A stretch of DNA of 46,209 bases, from assembly GCA_012727935.1 (NCBI GenBank), contig JAAYGA010000233.1, forward strand, positions 1 to 46,209, written 5' to 3'. Of this stretch, positions 9,559 through 18,389 are shown piece by piece; position 1 is the stretch's first letter; every line of letters begins with the position of its first letter. The DNA comes from Pseudomonadaceae bacterium (GTDB lineage Bacteria; Pseudomonadota; Gammaproteobacteria; Pseudomonadales; Halomonadaceae). The notes beneath the pieces are model-generated. The model had not been told where the DNA came from. It searched no databases and saw only the letters and a program-made list of their open reading frames with translations. A program made the position numbers and the translations under genes.

Positions 9559-10689
9559 ATGAAATTTACTGACTTTTTAAAAACTATGGCAGAGCGTAAA
9601 GGCTCTGATTTATTTATTACTACCGGCATGGCACCTTCAATGAAGGTTGACGGCCAACTAGAACCCCTTATAGAACAAAAGTTATCATCAGAACTAACCC
9701 GTGAACTGGTTTTAGGAATAATGAACCAAGAGCAGCGGGATGAATTTCAAAGTAAAAAAGAATGTAATTTTGCCATTAGTGCCGCCGGTATTGGCCGCTT
9801 CAGGGTAAGTGCTTTTTATCAGCGCAACCAAGTAGGCATGGTTTTACGGCGTATAGAATTTAACATTCCTCAGCTAGACGTTCTTAACCTACCTGAAATT
9901 ATTAAAGACCTAGCCATGACAAAACGTGGCCTCATTCTTTTTGTAGGGGCAACGGGGACGGGTAAATCCACCTCCTTAGCTTCCATGATTCAACACCGCA
10001 ATGAAAATTCACGCGGCCACATTATTAGCATTGAAGACCCAATAGAGTTTATTCACCAACACAAGCAATGCATTGTTACCCAGCGTGAAGTGGGAATAGA
10101 CACTGAAAGCTTTGAAGTGGCTTTAAAAAACACCCTACGCCAAGCCCCAGACGTTATTATGATTGGTGAAGTGCGTAGCAGAGAAACCATGGAATATGCG
10201 TTAACTTTTGCTGAAACTGGCCACCTGTGTTTGGCTACTTTACACGCCAACAATGCCGACCAAGCTTTAGAAAGGGTTATTAACTTTTTTCCTGCTGAAC
10301 GCCACCCACAAATTTATATGGATTTATCACTTAACCTGCGTGGCATTATTGCCCAGCAGCTAGTGCCAATTAAAGACGGTAAAGGCCGACGTGCTGCCAT
10401 TGAAGTGCTGCTTAACACCCCCCTAGCTTCCGACATTATTCGTAAGGGCGATATTTATCAGCTTAAAAATTTAATGAAAAAATCCCGTGATTTAGGTATG
10501 CAAACCTTCGATCAGGCTTTATTTGATTTATTCACACAGGGTTTAGTTAATGAACAAGAAGCCTTATTACATGCAGACTCACCCAATGATTTACGCTTAA
10601 TGATTAAGCTAGGGAACGACAGTGCAGGCGCAGGAGACTCTAGTGCTTTTGATAAAGCCGCTAGCAAATTCACTTTACAAGAAGATTAA
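9559..10689 (+). CDS. pilU: Type IV pilus ATPase PilU
   Basis: GATGTGKST, IEDPIEF, LRQAPDVI, TLHANNA; 3 bp after pilT. Confidence 0.96.
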   Translation: MKFTDFLKTMAERKGSDLFITTGMAPSMKVDGQLEPLIEQKLSSELTRELVLGIMNQEQRDEFQSKKECNFAISAAGIGRFRVSAFYQRNQVGMVLRRIEFNIPQLDVLNLPEIIKDLAMTKRGLILFVGATGTGKSTSLASMIQHRNENSRGHIISIEDPIEFIHQHKQCIVTQREVGIDTESFEVALKNTLRQAPDVIMIGEVRSRETMEYALTFAETGHLCLATLHANNADQALERVINFFPAERHPQIYMDLSLNLRGIIAQQLVPIKDGKGRRAAIEVLLNTPLASDIIRKGDIYQLKNLMKKSRDLGMQTFDQALFDLFTQGLVNEQEALLHADSPNDLRLMIKLGNDSAGAGDSSAFDKAASKFTLQED

Positions 10690-10791
10690 GTATACTTCTT
10701 AAGAGCAAAGGTTTATTCCTGCTATCAAATGTTTTTATATTTACCTATGCTAAAATTTTTTAATTAAAAAATAGTTTAGGTTTGTTGTAAA

Positions 10792-12009
10792 ATGAGAAAT
10801 GAATTAACAATAGAAGATAACTACTATATTACACTTCAGCCTATTTGTGATAGTGGAATGCGCCATATTGCTGATGAGGTTTTATATCGCCCCAGTAAAA
10901 CATTAGTTTTTTCTAAAATAGATAACCATTTAATCGCTACTACAAGGGTAGTGAATACTGCTTTTTTAGAAAACAGCTTAAAAAAACTAGTCGGTAACCG
11001 GAAGTTATTTTTTAATGCACCAAAAGAGTGGATTCTTAAACCTGAACTCTTGCCACCCTACCCTAACCAAATAGTTATAAAAGTATTAAAAAACTTAATT
11101 AGTGAGCCAGAAGTTATTACTGCCTTAAAAGAAATACATAATTTAGGCTATAATATAGCATTTGATGGTTTTATTCTAAATGATGCAACGCGACCTTTAT
11201 TAAATATTGCAAGCATTATTAAAATTGATGTGTTTGAGCCAATAGTAGAAGAAAATATTGCTGAATATAAACAGCACGGCATACGCTTATTAGCCAAAAA
11301 AGTAGATAACTTAGCAACCTTTAATCACTTTAAATCCATAGGGTTTGATATGTTTAAAGGTTGCTTTTATACACACCCAGAAATTTATACAGAAAATTCA
11401 ACTTACCATAAAAACAATAACATACATATACGAATTATTTCTGAATTACAACTAGAAGAACCTAGCTTTGAATTATTAGAAAAATTAATTACTCAAGACT
11501 CTCAACTTTCTTTTATGCTTCTTAATTATGTAAACTCATTAATACTAGATAGTAAAAATGAAATAAACACTATTTATCAAGCGTTAAAAACACTAGATTT
11601 AGATAAAACTTGCAACATTGTAACTACTATTATATTAGCAAATAATAGCCCAGCCAGTCGTATACTTTTACCTAAAGCACTAACTCGTGCATATATGTGT
11701 CAAAACTTAGCTGAAAAAACAAGAGACCTAGATTCACGGTCTGGGTTCATTTTAGGACTAGTATCTATGATGGATTTATTAATGAATATTGATCTAGTTG
11801 AGTTAATAGAAGAGCTACCCTTAACCTTAGAAATAAAAGAGGCTCTAACCTTAGGCAAAGGAAACTTAGGCGAGCTGCTTAACTTAGTAATAGCTTTTGA
11901 AGAAGCAAAAGTTGATAGTAGATCGCCAGAACTTATTTCAAGATTAAATGATACTTGGTTAGCTAGCCAGAAGTTGTCTAATGAAGTAATAAACACTGTG
12001 GTTTACTAA
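10792..12009 (+). CDS. EAL-HDOD domain protein with degenerate catalytic motifs
   Basis: QPI..EVLYR, IAFDGF, IIKIDV, LLAKKVD, GFDMFKGCFY, then HDOD-like QDSQLSFMLLNYVNS, TRAYMCQNLA, GLVSMMDLL. Visibly more AT-rich than its neighbours. Confidence 0.85.
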   Translation: MRNELTIEDNYYITLQPICDSGMRHIADEVLYRPSKTLVFSKIDNHLIATTRVVNTAFLENSLKKLVGNRKLFFNAPKEWILKPELLPPYPNQIVIKVLKNLISEPEVITALKEIHNLGYNIAFDGFILNDATRPLLNIASIIKIDVFEPIVEENIAEYKQHGIRLLAKKVDNLATFNHFKSIGFDMFKGCFYTHPEIYTENSTYHKNNNIHIRIISELQLEEPSFELLEKLITQDSQLSFMLLNYVNSLILDSKNEINTIYQALKTLDLDKTCNIVTTIILANNSPASRILLPKALTRAYMCQNLAEKTRDLDSRSGFILGLVSMMDLLMNIDLVELIEELPLTLEIKEALTLGKGNLGELLNLVIAFEEAKVDSRSPELISRLNDTWLASQKLSNEVINTVVY

Positions 12010-12024
12010 ACTAAAAAAACTTAG

Positions 12025-12054
12025 AAAAAAAGCCACCCCGGGGGAGGGGTGGCT
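12025..12054 (-). terminator. Rho-independent terminator ending the sRNA (and probably the hem operon)
   Basis: Minus strand AGCCACCCC-TCCCCC-GGGGTGGCT followed by a T run (A7 at 12025-12031 on the + strand). Confidence 0.9.
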
Positions 12055-12157
12055 AAAGACTCGCTTGATGATGAGGAGAACCTGAATAAAAGAACGGGAA
12101 CCGACCGCACAGCTAAAAGCTTAAATTCTGTTCAGGCAAAGGGTTCTCTCGAACCGT
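12025..12157 (-). ncRNA. Fur-regulated iron-sparing small RNA, PrrF-like
   Basis: Sigma70 promoter overlapped by a Fur box, a long 5' stem, the seed UCUCCUCAUCA (12079-12069) and a strong intrinsic terminator. The 5' end is estimated from the -10 position. Confidence 0.78.
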
Positions 12158-12159
12158 TA

Positions 12160-12182
12160 AACAATGATAATCAATCTCATTA
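12160..12182. promoter_or_regulatory. Fur box
   Basis: AACAATGATAATCAATCTC (12160-12178) matches GATAATGATAATCATTATC at 15/19. AATGATAATCAATCTCATT (12163-12181) is a near palindrome overlapping the -10. Confidence 0.85.
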
Positions 12183-12192
12183 CCTTTAACAA
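12164..12192 (-). promoter_or_regulatory. Sigma70 promoter of the sRNA
   Basis: Minus strand TTGTTA (12192-12187), 17-bp spacer, TATCAT (12169-12164). Confidence 0.7.
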
Positions 12193-12215
12193 GTCTTATT
12201 TAAGAATAATTCGTA

Positions 12216-13454
12216 TTACTTGCTTTGAGGCAGCGGTAGTTCAGGTAGCTGGCGTTGTAAGCCCTGTAAAGCCAGCCTTTGGAAGAACTGCCCTTGGCGT
12301 TCGTCTCCTAAGGCAATGTAAAGTTTTGCCATTTCTGCACACAGCTGGTCTTTTGCCTGTAGCTGGTAACTTGCCTGATAATATTCCAAAGCCTTCCGCC
12401 ACAAGCCTTGTTGTTGGCTAATTCTGGCTAGGGCATGCAAAAGTGCAGGGTCATTGGGGCGTTCTTTTAGCCACTGTTCGGCTTCTAGTAAGCGGCGTTT
12501 AGGTTCAGCTTCCTTGGGTAATAAGCCATATTGTTCAATTAGCTTTACCGACCAAGAAGCCTTCAAGCTACGCTTTAACAATTGTTCTGCTGAAGCCAGT
12601 TCGCCTTGTTTAACCAACACTCGCAGCCAAGCTAAAATTAAGGCTTCTTCAAGCTTCATGCGTGAAGGCAAGCCTTCCCAGAGTTCTTTTATGGCTTCTA
12701 AGTTGTCAGACCTATGCACATCTTGTAGCAGCTCATCGAAACGGTGCAGGTAAATTTTTCTTTCTAACTGGTTGAGTGCTTCTGGTGTGCCAATTTGATA
12801 GCGGCGCAATTCTGGCATAAGTTGAATAAGTGGCTTCCAATCTAACAAAGCCAAATGAACATCTCTTAACTGGTGTAATACTACTGGGTGGCTAGGTATT
12901 TTTTGATGTAAGCGAACCAAGGTTGCCAAGGCTTGTTCATAATGGCCTTTATCTAGCTGAATACGTACTTGAATAAAATCAACGGCCACACCAGCATTGG
13001 GGGTGGTTTTTTCTGCGGCTTGTAAGAATAGTTCAACGTCTTTATCGCGGCCTTCATAATGGGCAGCTTGTGCGGCGGCTAGGTAGTTAATTAAAGGCAT
13101 TCCACTGTTTTTAGCCACGCGAATAAGTAGTTTACGCGCTTTAGACCAACGCCCCTGAGAGAGTTCAACCAAGCCTTTCACTGTTGTTTTAAGTGCGCGC
13201 TGGCTTTTAAAACGCGCCCGATAATTTCTTAAACCACGTAAAGGGTTAGCCAACCAGCCCACTAGGTTTAACACCCAAGCCGCAACAAACCAGCTTATCG
13301 CTATTAGGGCTAAACCTGTCCAAAAAGACATTTCAATACTGGTTTGCCCATCAGGTAAAACGATTAAAAGGTAGCCCGTGCCTTTTAATAGTTGTTGCCC
13401 TAACAGCACAACCAAGGCTAAAAAAACTAACCATAAAAACACCCGTTTAATCAT
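12216..13454 (-). CDS. hemY: Heme biosynthesis-associated TPR membrane protein HemY
   Basis: Two N-terminal TM helices with GYLLI and SIEMSFW, INYLAAAQAAH, TPR-like repeats, AEQWLKERPNDPALLHALARI; last gene of hemCDXY. Confidence 0.92.
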   Translation of the reverse strand: MIKRVFLWLVFLALVVLLGQQLLKGTGYLLIVLPDGQTSIEMSFWTGLALIAISWFVAAWVLNLVGWLANPLRGLRNYRARFKSQRALKTTVKGLVELSQGRWSKARKLLIRVAKNSGMPLINYLAAAQAAHYEGRDKDVELFLQAAEKTTPNAGVAVDFIQVRIQLDKGHYEQALATLVRLHQKIPSHPVVLHQLRDVHLALLDWKPLIQLMPELRRYQIGTPEALNQLERKIYLHRFDELLQDVHRSDNLEAIKELWEGLPSRMKLEEALILAWLRVLVKQGELASAEQLLKRSLKASWSVKLIEQYGLLPKEAEPKRRLLEAEQWLKERPNDPALLHALARISQQQGLWRKALEYYQASYQLQAKDQLCAEMAKLYIALGDERQGQFFQRLALQGLQRQLPELPLPQSK

Positions 13455-14737
13455 GGCTGTGCCTCTTGCTGGCCTGCTTCAGGCTTTGCTTGTTCTGCAT
13501 CTAAAGGAAGCTGTAGGCTGTAACGCTGGGCAATAAAAGCTTGCAGGCTATCTAAGCTGGTTTCTGTTTCAGGCAGGGTTTGATGCACCGGTTTATTCAG
13601 TAGTTCAGCTAGCTGTTTAGCAAAGTTTGCCACTTCAGCTTGGCTTGCATCAAAACCTGCTAAACGCTTAGTTGCAGCAGCTAGGCTTGCATCATAAAGC
13701 GGTTGTTCACTACGCAAAGCAGCCCAAGAAGCTTGCAGTAATAAGGCGCTTAATTGGTGGCGCAAAGCTAATTCATCTGCAGTAAAAGGCAAGGCTTCAA
13801 TAGGTAATTCACGCTTACGAACAACCACTAGGTTACGAACTTCCTGCCATAAATGCTGATACCAGCTAAGTTCGTCGTTTAATTGCGTTAGGGTATCTAG
13901 GTTTAAAGAAGGGCCTGTGGCTAGTCTTTCTGTTTTTAAATTTAAAGCTTGGTCGGCCAACTCTTGCAAGCTAAGCGCCATAGAAACCCTATCAATTTTA
14001 GGTAAGGCTTTTAGTTCTTCTATGTCTTCTAATAAATAACTGCGAACCCCTAAAGTACCCGATACATTGGCTTGTTTTAGGCGTTGTTCTGCCGTTTTCA
14101 TTAGTGTTAATGCGCCATTAACATCTGCTTCAATTTGTAATCGCTGATTAGCAAGGCGTAGTAAATATTCAACTTCAGCCAACTGCCAATCGCGTGGTTT
14201 AGGGTCGTTCGACTTAACCAGTGCTTGCTGCATATTCACCAGTTCTAGCTGATGATGGTTAATGGCTTGCTGTAAATATTGCTGACGTTCTTGTAAGCCG
14301 CCAATAGCAGCTAAATGGCTTAGAGGCGCTTGTAGTTCTTGGTGTGTTGGGCGTTGGGCAAGCTGTCCCTGTAAGTTGGTTTGTAGGCTAATTAACTGTT
14401 GGTAACCCAACCAACCCAAGGCAGCAGCACCAGCTAACACAAGTAAAATAAGCAGGAATAATAAGCCAAGTAATTTGCTGCCCTTATTTTTAGGTGGGCT
14501 AGCTGCAGAAGTGGTTGGTTTAGTTGTTGTAGCTGTTGGTTTAGCTGTTGGTTGTTGCTTTGGCTGCGGCTTAGAACCCACAGGGTTTTTATCTAAGCTT
14601 AAAGAAGGCGCTTTAGATGCCTCGCTTGGTTTTGAATTGGGTTCAGCAGCAGCTTGTTCTTTTTCGCTAGCCGCTGATTCAGTGGCTGACTCTGCTGCCC
14701 GTTTTTGCTGCTTGTTAGCGGATTGCTTTGCGGACAT
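13451..14737 (-). CDS. hemX: HemX membrane protein
   Basis: Low-complexity N-terminus, one TM helix, WQLAEVEYLLRLANQRL signature. Confidence 0.92.
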   Translation of the reverse strand: MSAKQSANKQQKRAAESATESAASEKEQAAAEPNSKPSEASKAPSLSLDKNPVGSKPQPKQQPTAKPTATTTKPTTSAASPPKNKGSKLLGLLFLLILLVLAGAAALGWLGYQQLISLQTNLQGQLAQRPTHQELQAPLSHLAAIGGLQERQQYLQQAINHHQLELVNMQQALVKSNDPKPRDWQLAEVEYLLRLANQRLQIEADVNGALTLMKTAEQRLKQANVSGTLGVRSYLLEDIEELKALPKIDRVSMALSLQELADQALNLKTERLATGPSLNLDTLTQLNDELSWYQHLWQEVRNLVVVRKRELPIEALPFTADELALRHQLSALLLQASWAALRSEQPLYDASLAAATKRLAGFDASQAEVANFAKQLAELLNKPVHQTLPETETSLDSLQAFIAQRYSLQLPLDAEQAKPEAGQQEAQP

Positions 14738-14767
14738 GTCCTTTCCTCTTTAATGCTAGGCAGTGAA

Positions 14768-15559
14768 CTATAAGGCTAAAGCCTTGATTGCAGCCAAAAT
14801 GGCATCGGCTCCTGCACCTTCAGTGTTAATAACTAGATTAAAACCTAGTTGCCGTGCTTGCTGTTCAATTCGGTAACTAGGCACTAATAGCCAGCAGCGA
14901 TTCAGTTGTTCTTCTAGCCTTGGTGAATCGGTGAACCTAGTTTTTACAAAAGCTAAATATTGGGCTAAAGCATAACCACTGGTCACAACTAAAACTTGGT
15001 GGCTTCCGGCTAATAGCTGATCGACTTGTTGCGGGTTTAACCTAGGCTTTACTCGCTCATAAAGCGGCAACACACTAACTCTAGCACCTCGGGCGGTTAG
15101 GCTGTCATACAACAAGTCTCGGCCACCTAGCCCTTTAGCTAACAAAACTTTTTCGCCAGCTAGCTGTTGTAATTCTGGGTGCAATAACAGGTCTTCGCTC
15201 TTGTCGCCCTGTTCGGGGCAAACGGCTTCAATGCCTGCTTGCGCTAACCTAAGTTTAGTCCCCTGACCTACTGTGTACCAGTTCACACCTATAGGCCACT
15301 GCGGCCAGAAGTCTTCTAGTGTTTCTAACAAAACATCGGCAGCGCTAGGGCTAATAACCACCACTCGCTGAAACAGGTCTAAATCCATTAACCACTGTTT
15401 TTGTTGCGCTTGCAAAGCCAGCGGTTCAATCGCCAATAAAGGCACATTGCTCACTTGGTAACCTGCCGCCTCTAGTGGCAGAACTAAACGCTCTGCCATG
15501 GCTTCGGGGCGGGTGGTTAATATTTTAAGAACCTGATTCACAGGCAAGCTAAGGGACAA
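14768..15559 (-). CDS. hemD: Uroporphyrinogen-III synthase
   Basis: ILTTRP, PLLAI, VVISPSAA, YTVGQGT, GLGGRDLL, LYER; TTG start is uncertain. Confidence 0.93.
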   Translation of the reverse strand: MSLSLPVNQVLKILTTRPEAMAERLVLPLEAAGYQVSNVPLLAIEPLALQAQQKQWLMDLDLFQRVVVISPSAADVLLETLEDFWPQWPIGVNWYTVGQGTKLRLAQAGIEAVCPEQGDKSEDLLLHPELQQLAGEKVLLAKGLGGRDLLYDSLTARGARVSVLPLYERVKPRLNPQQVDQLLAGSHQVLVVTSGYALAQYLAFVKTRFTDSPRLEEQLNRCWLLVPSYRIEQQARQLGFNLVINTEGAGADAILAAIKALAL

Positions 15560-15561
15560 GT

Positions 15562-16494
15562 TTAATCTACCTTAAAACCATAAACTTTAGACAAAATTTC
15601 ACCTGCACCCTGCGATAAAAGGTCTTCGGCTACTTTAATTCCTAAAGCAACAGGATCGCTGGCTGGGCCTCTGGCTTCGGCACGTAAAATAAGCGTACCT
15701 TCAGGCTCGCCCACTAGCGCACGCAACCAAAGCTGATCGCCTTCTAAAATAGCATAGCCACCAATCGGCACCTGACAACCGCCTTGCAAGCGAGTGTTCA
15801 TGGCTCTTTCAGCCAGTACGCAGGTTTCTGAATCTTTGTCGTTTAAAGCCGCAACCAACGCAGCGCAGCGTTCATCGCCTTCGCGCAGCTCTATTCCTAA
15901 AGCACCCTGACCACAAGCCGGTAAAGAAATTTCGGCTGGAATGTCTAAGCGTACTCGCTCGCCCAAGCCCATGCGTTGCAGGCCAGAGGTGGCTAATAGA
16001 ATCGCATCGTAATCACCGGCATCTAGCTTGCCCATACGGGTTTGAATATTGCCGCGCAGCCAGTCCACTTTTAAATCGGGGCGGTTAGCTAAAATTTGGC
16101 AGCTACGGCGCAGGCTAGAAGTACCGACAATACTGCCGGCTGGCATGGCGTCAAAGGAGTCGTACTTATTCGACACAAAAGCATCGGTAGGCGCATGGCG
16201 TTCAAGAATGGGCCCTAGCATTAAGCCTTCTGGGAATTCCATAGGTACATCTTTCATGGAATGCACAGCTATATCAGCCTCACCATTTAACATGCAGGCT
16301 TCTAGCTCTTTAACAAACAAGCCTTTGCCGCCAATTTTTGACAAGGGCGTGTTTAAAATAATATCGCCCTGCGTTTTAATCGGCACTAAAATTACTTCTA
16401 AATTAGGGTGCAACGCTTCTAAACGGGCTTTAACGTGTTCGGCCTGCCACAAGGCTAAAGGGCTACGACGCGTGGCAATTTTTAACTGAGACAC
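15562..16494 (-). CDS. hemC: Hydroxymethylbilane synthase (porphobilinogen deaminase)
   Basis: [46 protein letters not shown]; GTG start with GGAG upstream. Confidence 0.98.
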   Translation of the reverse strand: MSQLKIATRRSPLALWQAEHVKARLEALHPNLEVILVPIKTQGDIILNTPLSKIGGKGLFVKELEACMLNGEADIAVHSMKDVPMEFPEGLMLGPILERHAPTDAFVSNKYDSFDAMPAGSIVGTSSLRRSCQILANRPDLKVDWLRGNIQTRMGKLDAGDYDAILLATSGLQRMGLGERVRLDIPAEISLPACGQGALGIELREGDERCAALVAALNDKDSETCVLAERAMNTRLQGGCQVPIGGYAILEGDQLWLRALVGEPEGTLILRAEARGPASDPVALGIKVAEDLLSQGAGEILSKVYGFKVD

Positions 16495-16570
16495 AAGAAC
16501 TCCAAAATTTTAAACGGTTTATCTAATCTACAAATCATTCAACAGTAACCGACTTAGCCAAGTTACGTGG
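16495..16570 (-). other. Unoccupied attTn7 site (TnsD-binding 3' end of glmS and downstream target)
   Basis: The glmS 3' end encodes the conserved [11 protein letters not shown]. The 40-bp spacer to hemC contains no Tn7 end. Confidence 0.6.
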
Positions 16571-18379
16571 CTGGTCTACGTCGGTGCCTTTAAGCACAGC
16601 AACATGGTAGGCCAACAACTGCAAAGGCAGAGTGTAAACAATGGGCGCTAGCACATCATGCACTCTAGGCAGGTGGATAACTTTCATGCCTTCTTCTGGC
16701 TCTAAAAAACTGTCTGGGTCGGCAAACACAAACAGTTCGCCACCCCGCGCCCGCACTTCTTGCAGGTTAGACTTTAACTTTTCAATTAAATCGTCTTTAG
16801 GCGCAACTGCAATCACTGGCATATCGCTGTCTACCAAAGCCAAAGGCCCATGCTTTAACTCACCGGCTGGGTAGGCTTCGGCATGAATGTAAGAAATCTC
16901 TTTCAGCTTTAATGCACCTTCAAGCGCAATGGGGTAATGGCTACCACGGCCTAGGAACAAGGCATGTTTTTTCTCGGCAAAATCTTGCGCCATGGCTTCT
17001 ATTTGCGTGTCTAGCTGCAAAGTGGTTTCAGCAATTCTGGGCAAAGAACGCAAGGCTTGAACCAGCTCGGCTTCCACAGCATCTTTTGCTTGCGGATCGG
17101 GCGAATGAGCACGGCGCAAAGACAAGGTTAACAACAACAAGGCGGTTAGCTGAGTAGTAAAAGCTTTGGTTGAAGCCACGCCAATTTCTGGGCCGGCTTG
17201 GGTCATAAGGCTTAGATCAGACTCACGAACCAACGAAGAACCTGGCGCATTACAAATAGCCAGCGAGCCTAAATAGCCAGCGTTTTTAGCAAAGCGTAAC
17301 GCAGCAAGGGTATCGGCGGTTTCGCCCGATTGGGAAATGGTTACAAACAAGCAGTTTTCGGCAACCACCACATCGCGGTAACGGTATTCGCTAGCCACTT
17401 CCACTTGGCAGGGCAAACCAGCCAAGCGTTCTATCCAATAACGCGCCACCATGCCAGCATGGTAACTTGTACCGCAGGCAATGATTTGCACCTGTTTAAC
17501 CTTGGGCAATAATTCCATAGCCACTGCGCCCAAAGCCTGAGGCAATACACGGCTGTCGGAGATACGGCCTTCTAGCGTGGCAGCAATAACGGCGGGCTGT
17601 TCATAAATTTCTTTCAGCATAAAGTGGCGGTATTCGCCTTTTTCTGCCGCTTGGTTGCCGTGTTCCCATTGCAGGGTTGGGCGCTCAAGTTTTTCGCCTT
17701 GCTGATTAATAATGCGCTGTTCGGTTAAAGTCAGGGTGGCAAGGTCGCCTTCTTCTAAGTAAATAAAGCGGTCGGTTACTTGCAACAAGGCTAGAGGATC
17801 TGAAGCGCAGAAGGTTTCGCCTATGCCGACACCAATAACCAGCGGACTGCCTTTTCGGGCGCAAACCAGTTCATTCGGCTGTTGTTGGTGAATAACCGCC
17901 AGCGCATAAGCGCCTTCTAGCTGTAAAATAGCCTGCCTAACCGCTTCGGTCAGGTCTTGGGTTTGTTGATAAATTTGGTGGACTAAATGCGCCACCACTT
18001 CAGTATCGGTTTCTGAAGTAAACACATAACCAGCGGCTTGTAACTGCTTTCTTAGCGGTTCGTGGTTTTCAATAATGCCATTGTGAACCAAAGCAATTTC
18101 ATCGCTTGAAAGGTGAGGGTGAGCATTGTTTTCGCTGGGTTTACCATGCGTTGCCCAGCGAGTGTGCGCTACACCTAAATGGCCCAATAAAGGATTATCT
18201 AAAAGCTTGCGTTCAACTTCTGTAACCTTACCCTGTGCGCGGCAACGCTTTAGCCCTGTATCGGCATTAATAACAGCCAAACCGGCTGAATCATAACCCC
18301 GATATTCTAGGCGCTTTAAACCTTCTAATAAAATGGCGCTGACATTGCGTTCAGCCACTGCACCAACAATACCGCACAT
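16535..18379 (-). CDS. glmS: Glutamine--fructose-6-phosphate transaminase
   Basis: True start is MCGIVG at 18379 (the ORF-track extension overlaps glmU). [38 protein letters not shown]. Confidence 0.98.
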   Translation of the reverse strand: MCGIVGAVAERNVSAILLEGLKRLEYRGYDSAGLAVINADTGLKRCRAQGKVTEVERKLLDNPLLGHLGVAHTRWATHGKPSENNAHPHLSSDEIALVHNGIIENHEPLRKQLQAAGYVFTSETDTEVVAHLVHQIYQQTQDLTEAVRQAILQLEGAYALAVIHQQQPNELVCARKGSPLVIGVGIGETFCASDPLALLQVTDRFIYLEEGDLATLTLTEQRIINQQGEKLERPTLQWEHGNQAAEKGEYRHFMLKEIYEQPAVIAATLEGRISDSRVLPQALGAVAMELLPKVKQVQIIACGTSYHAGMVARYWIERLAGLPCQVEVASEYRYRDVVVAENCLFVTISQSGETADTLAALRFAKNAGYLGSLAICNAPGSSLVRESDLSLMTQAGPEIGVASTKAFTTQLTALLLLTLSLRRAHSPDPQAKDAVEAELVQALRSLPRIAETTLQLDTQIEAMAQDFAEKKHALFLGRGSHYPIALEGALKLKEISYIHAEAYPAGELKHGPLALVDSDMPVIAVAPKDDLIEKLKSNLQEVRARGGELFVFADPDSFLEPEEGMKVIHLPRVHDVLAPIVYTLPLQLLAYHVAVLKGTDVDQPRNLAKSVTVE

Positions 18380-18389
18380 AGTAATCTTC

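Noticed and set aside
12164-12421. 85-aa plus-strand ORF starting inside the Fur box
   Set aside because: Mostly antisense to hemY, no RBS, and its ATG is part of the Fur/-10 motif.
14510-14560. Short tandem repeats (TAGCTGTTGGTT twice) in hemX
   Set aside because: They encode the Pro/Thr/Lys-rich disordered N-terminal linker typical of HemX; not a CRISPR array or contingency locus.
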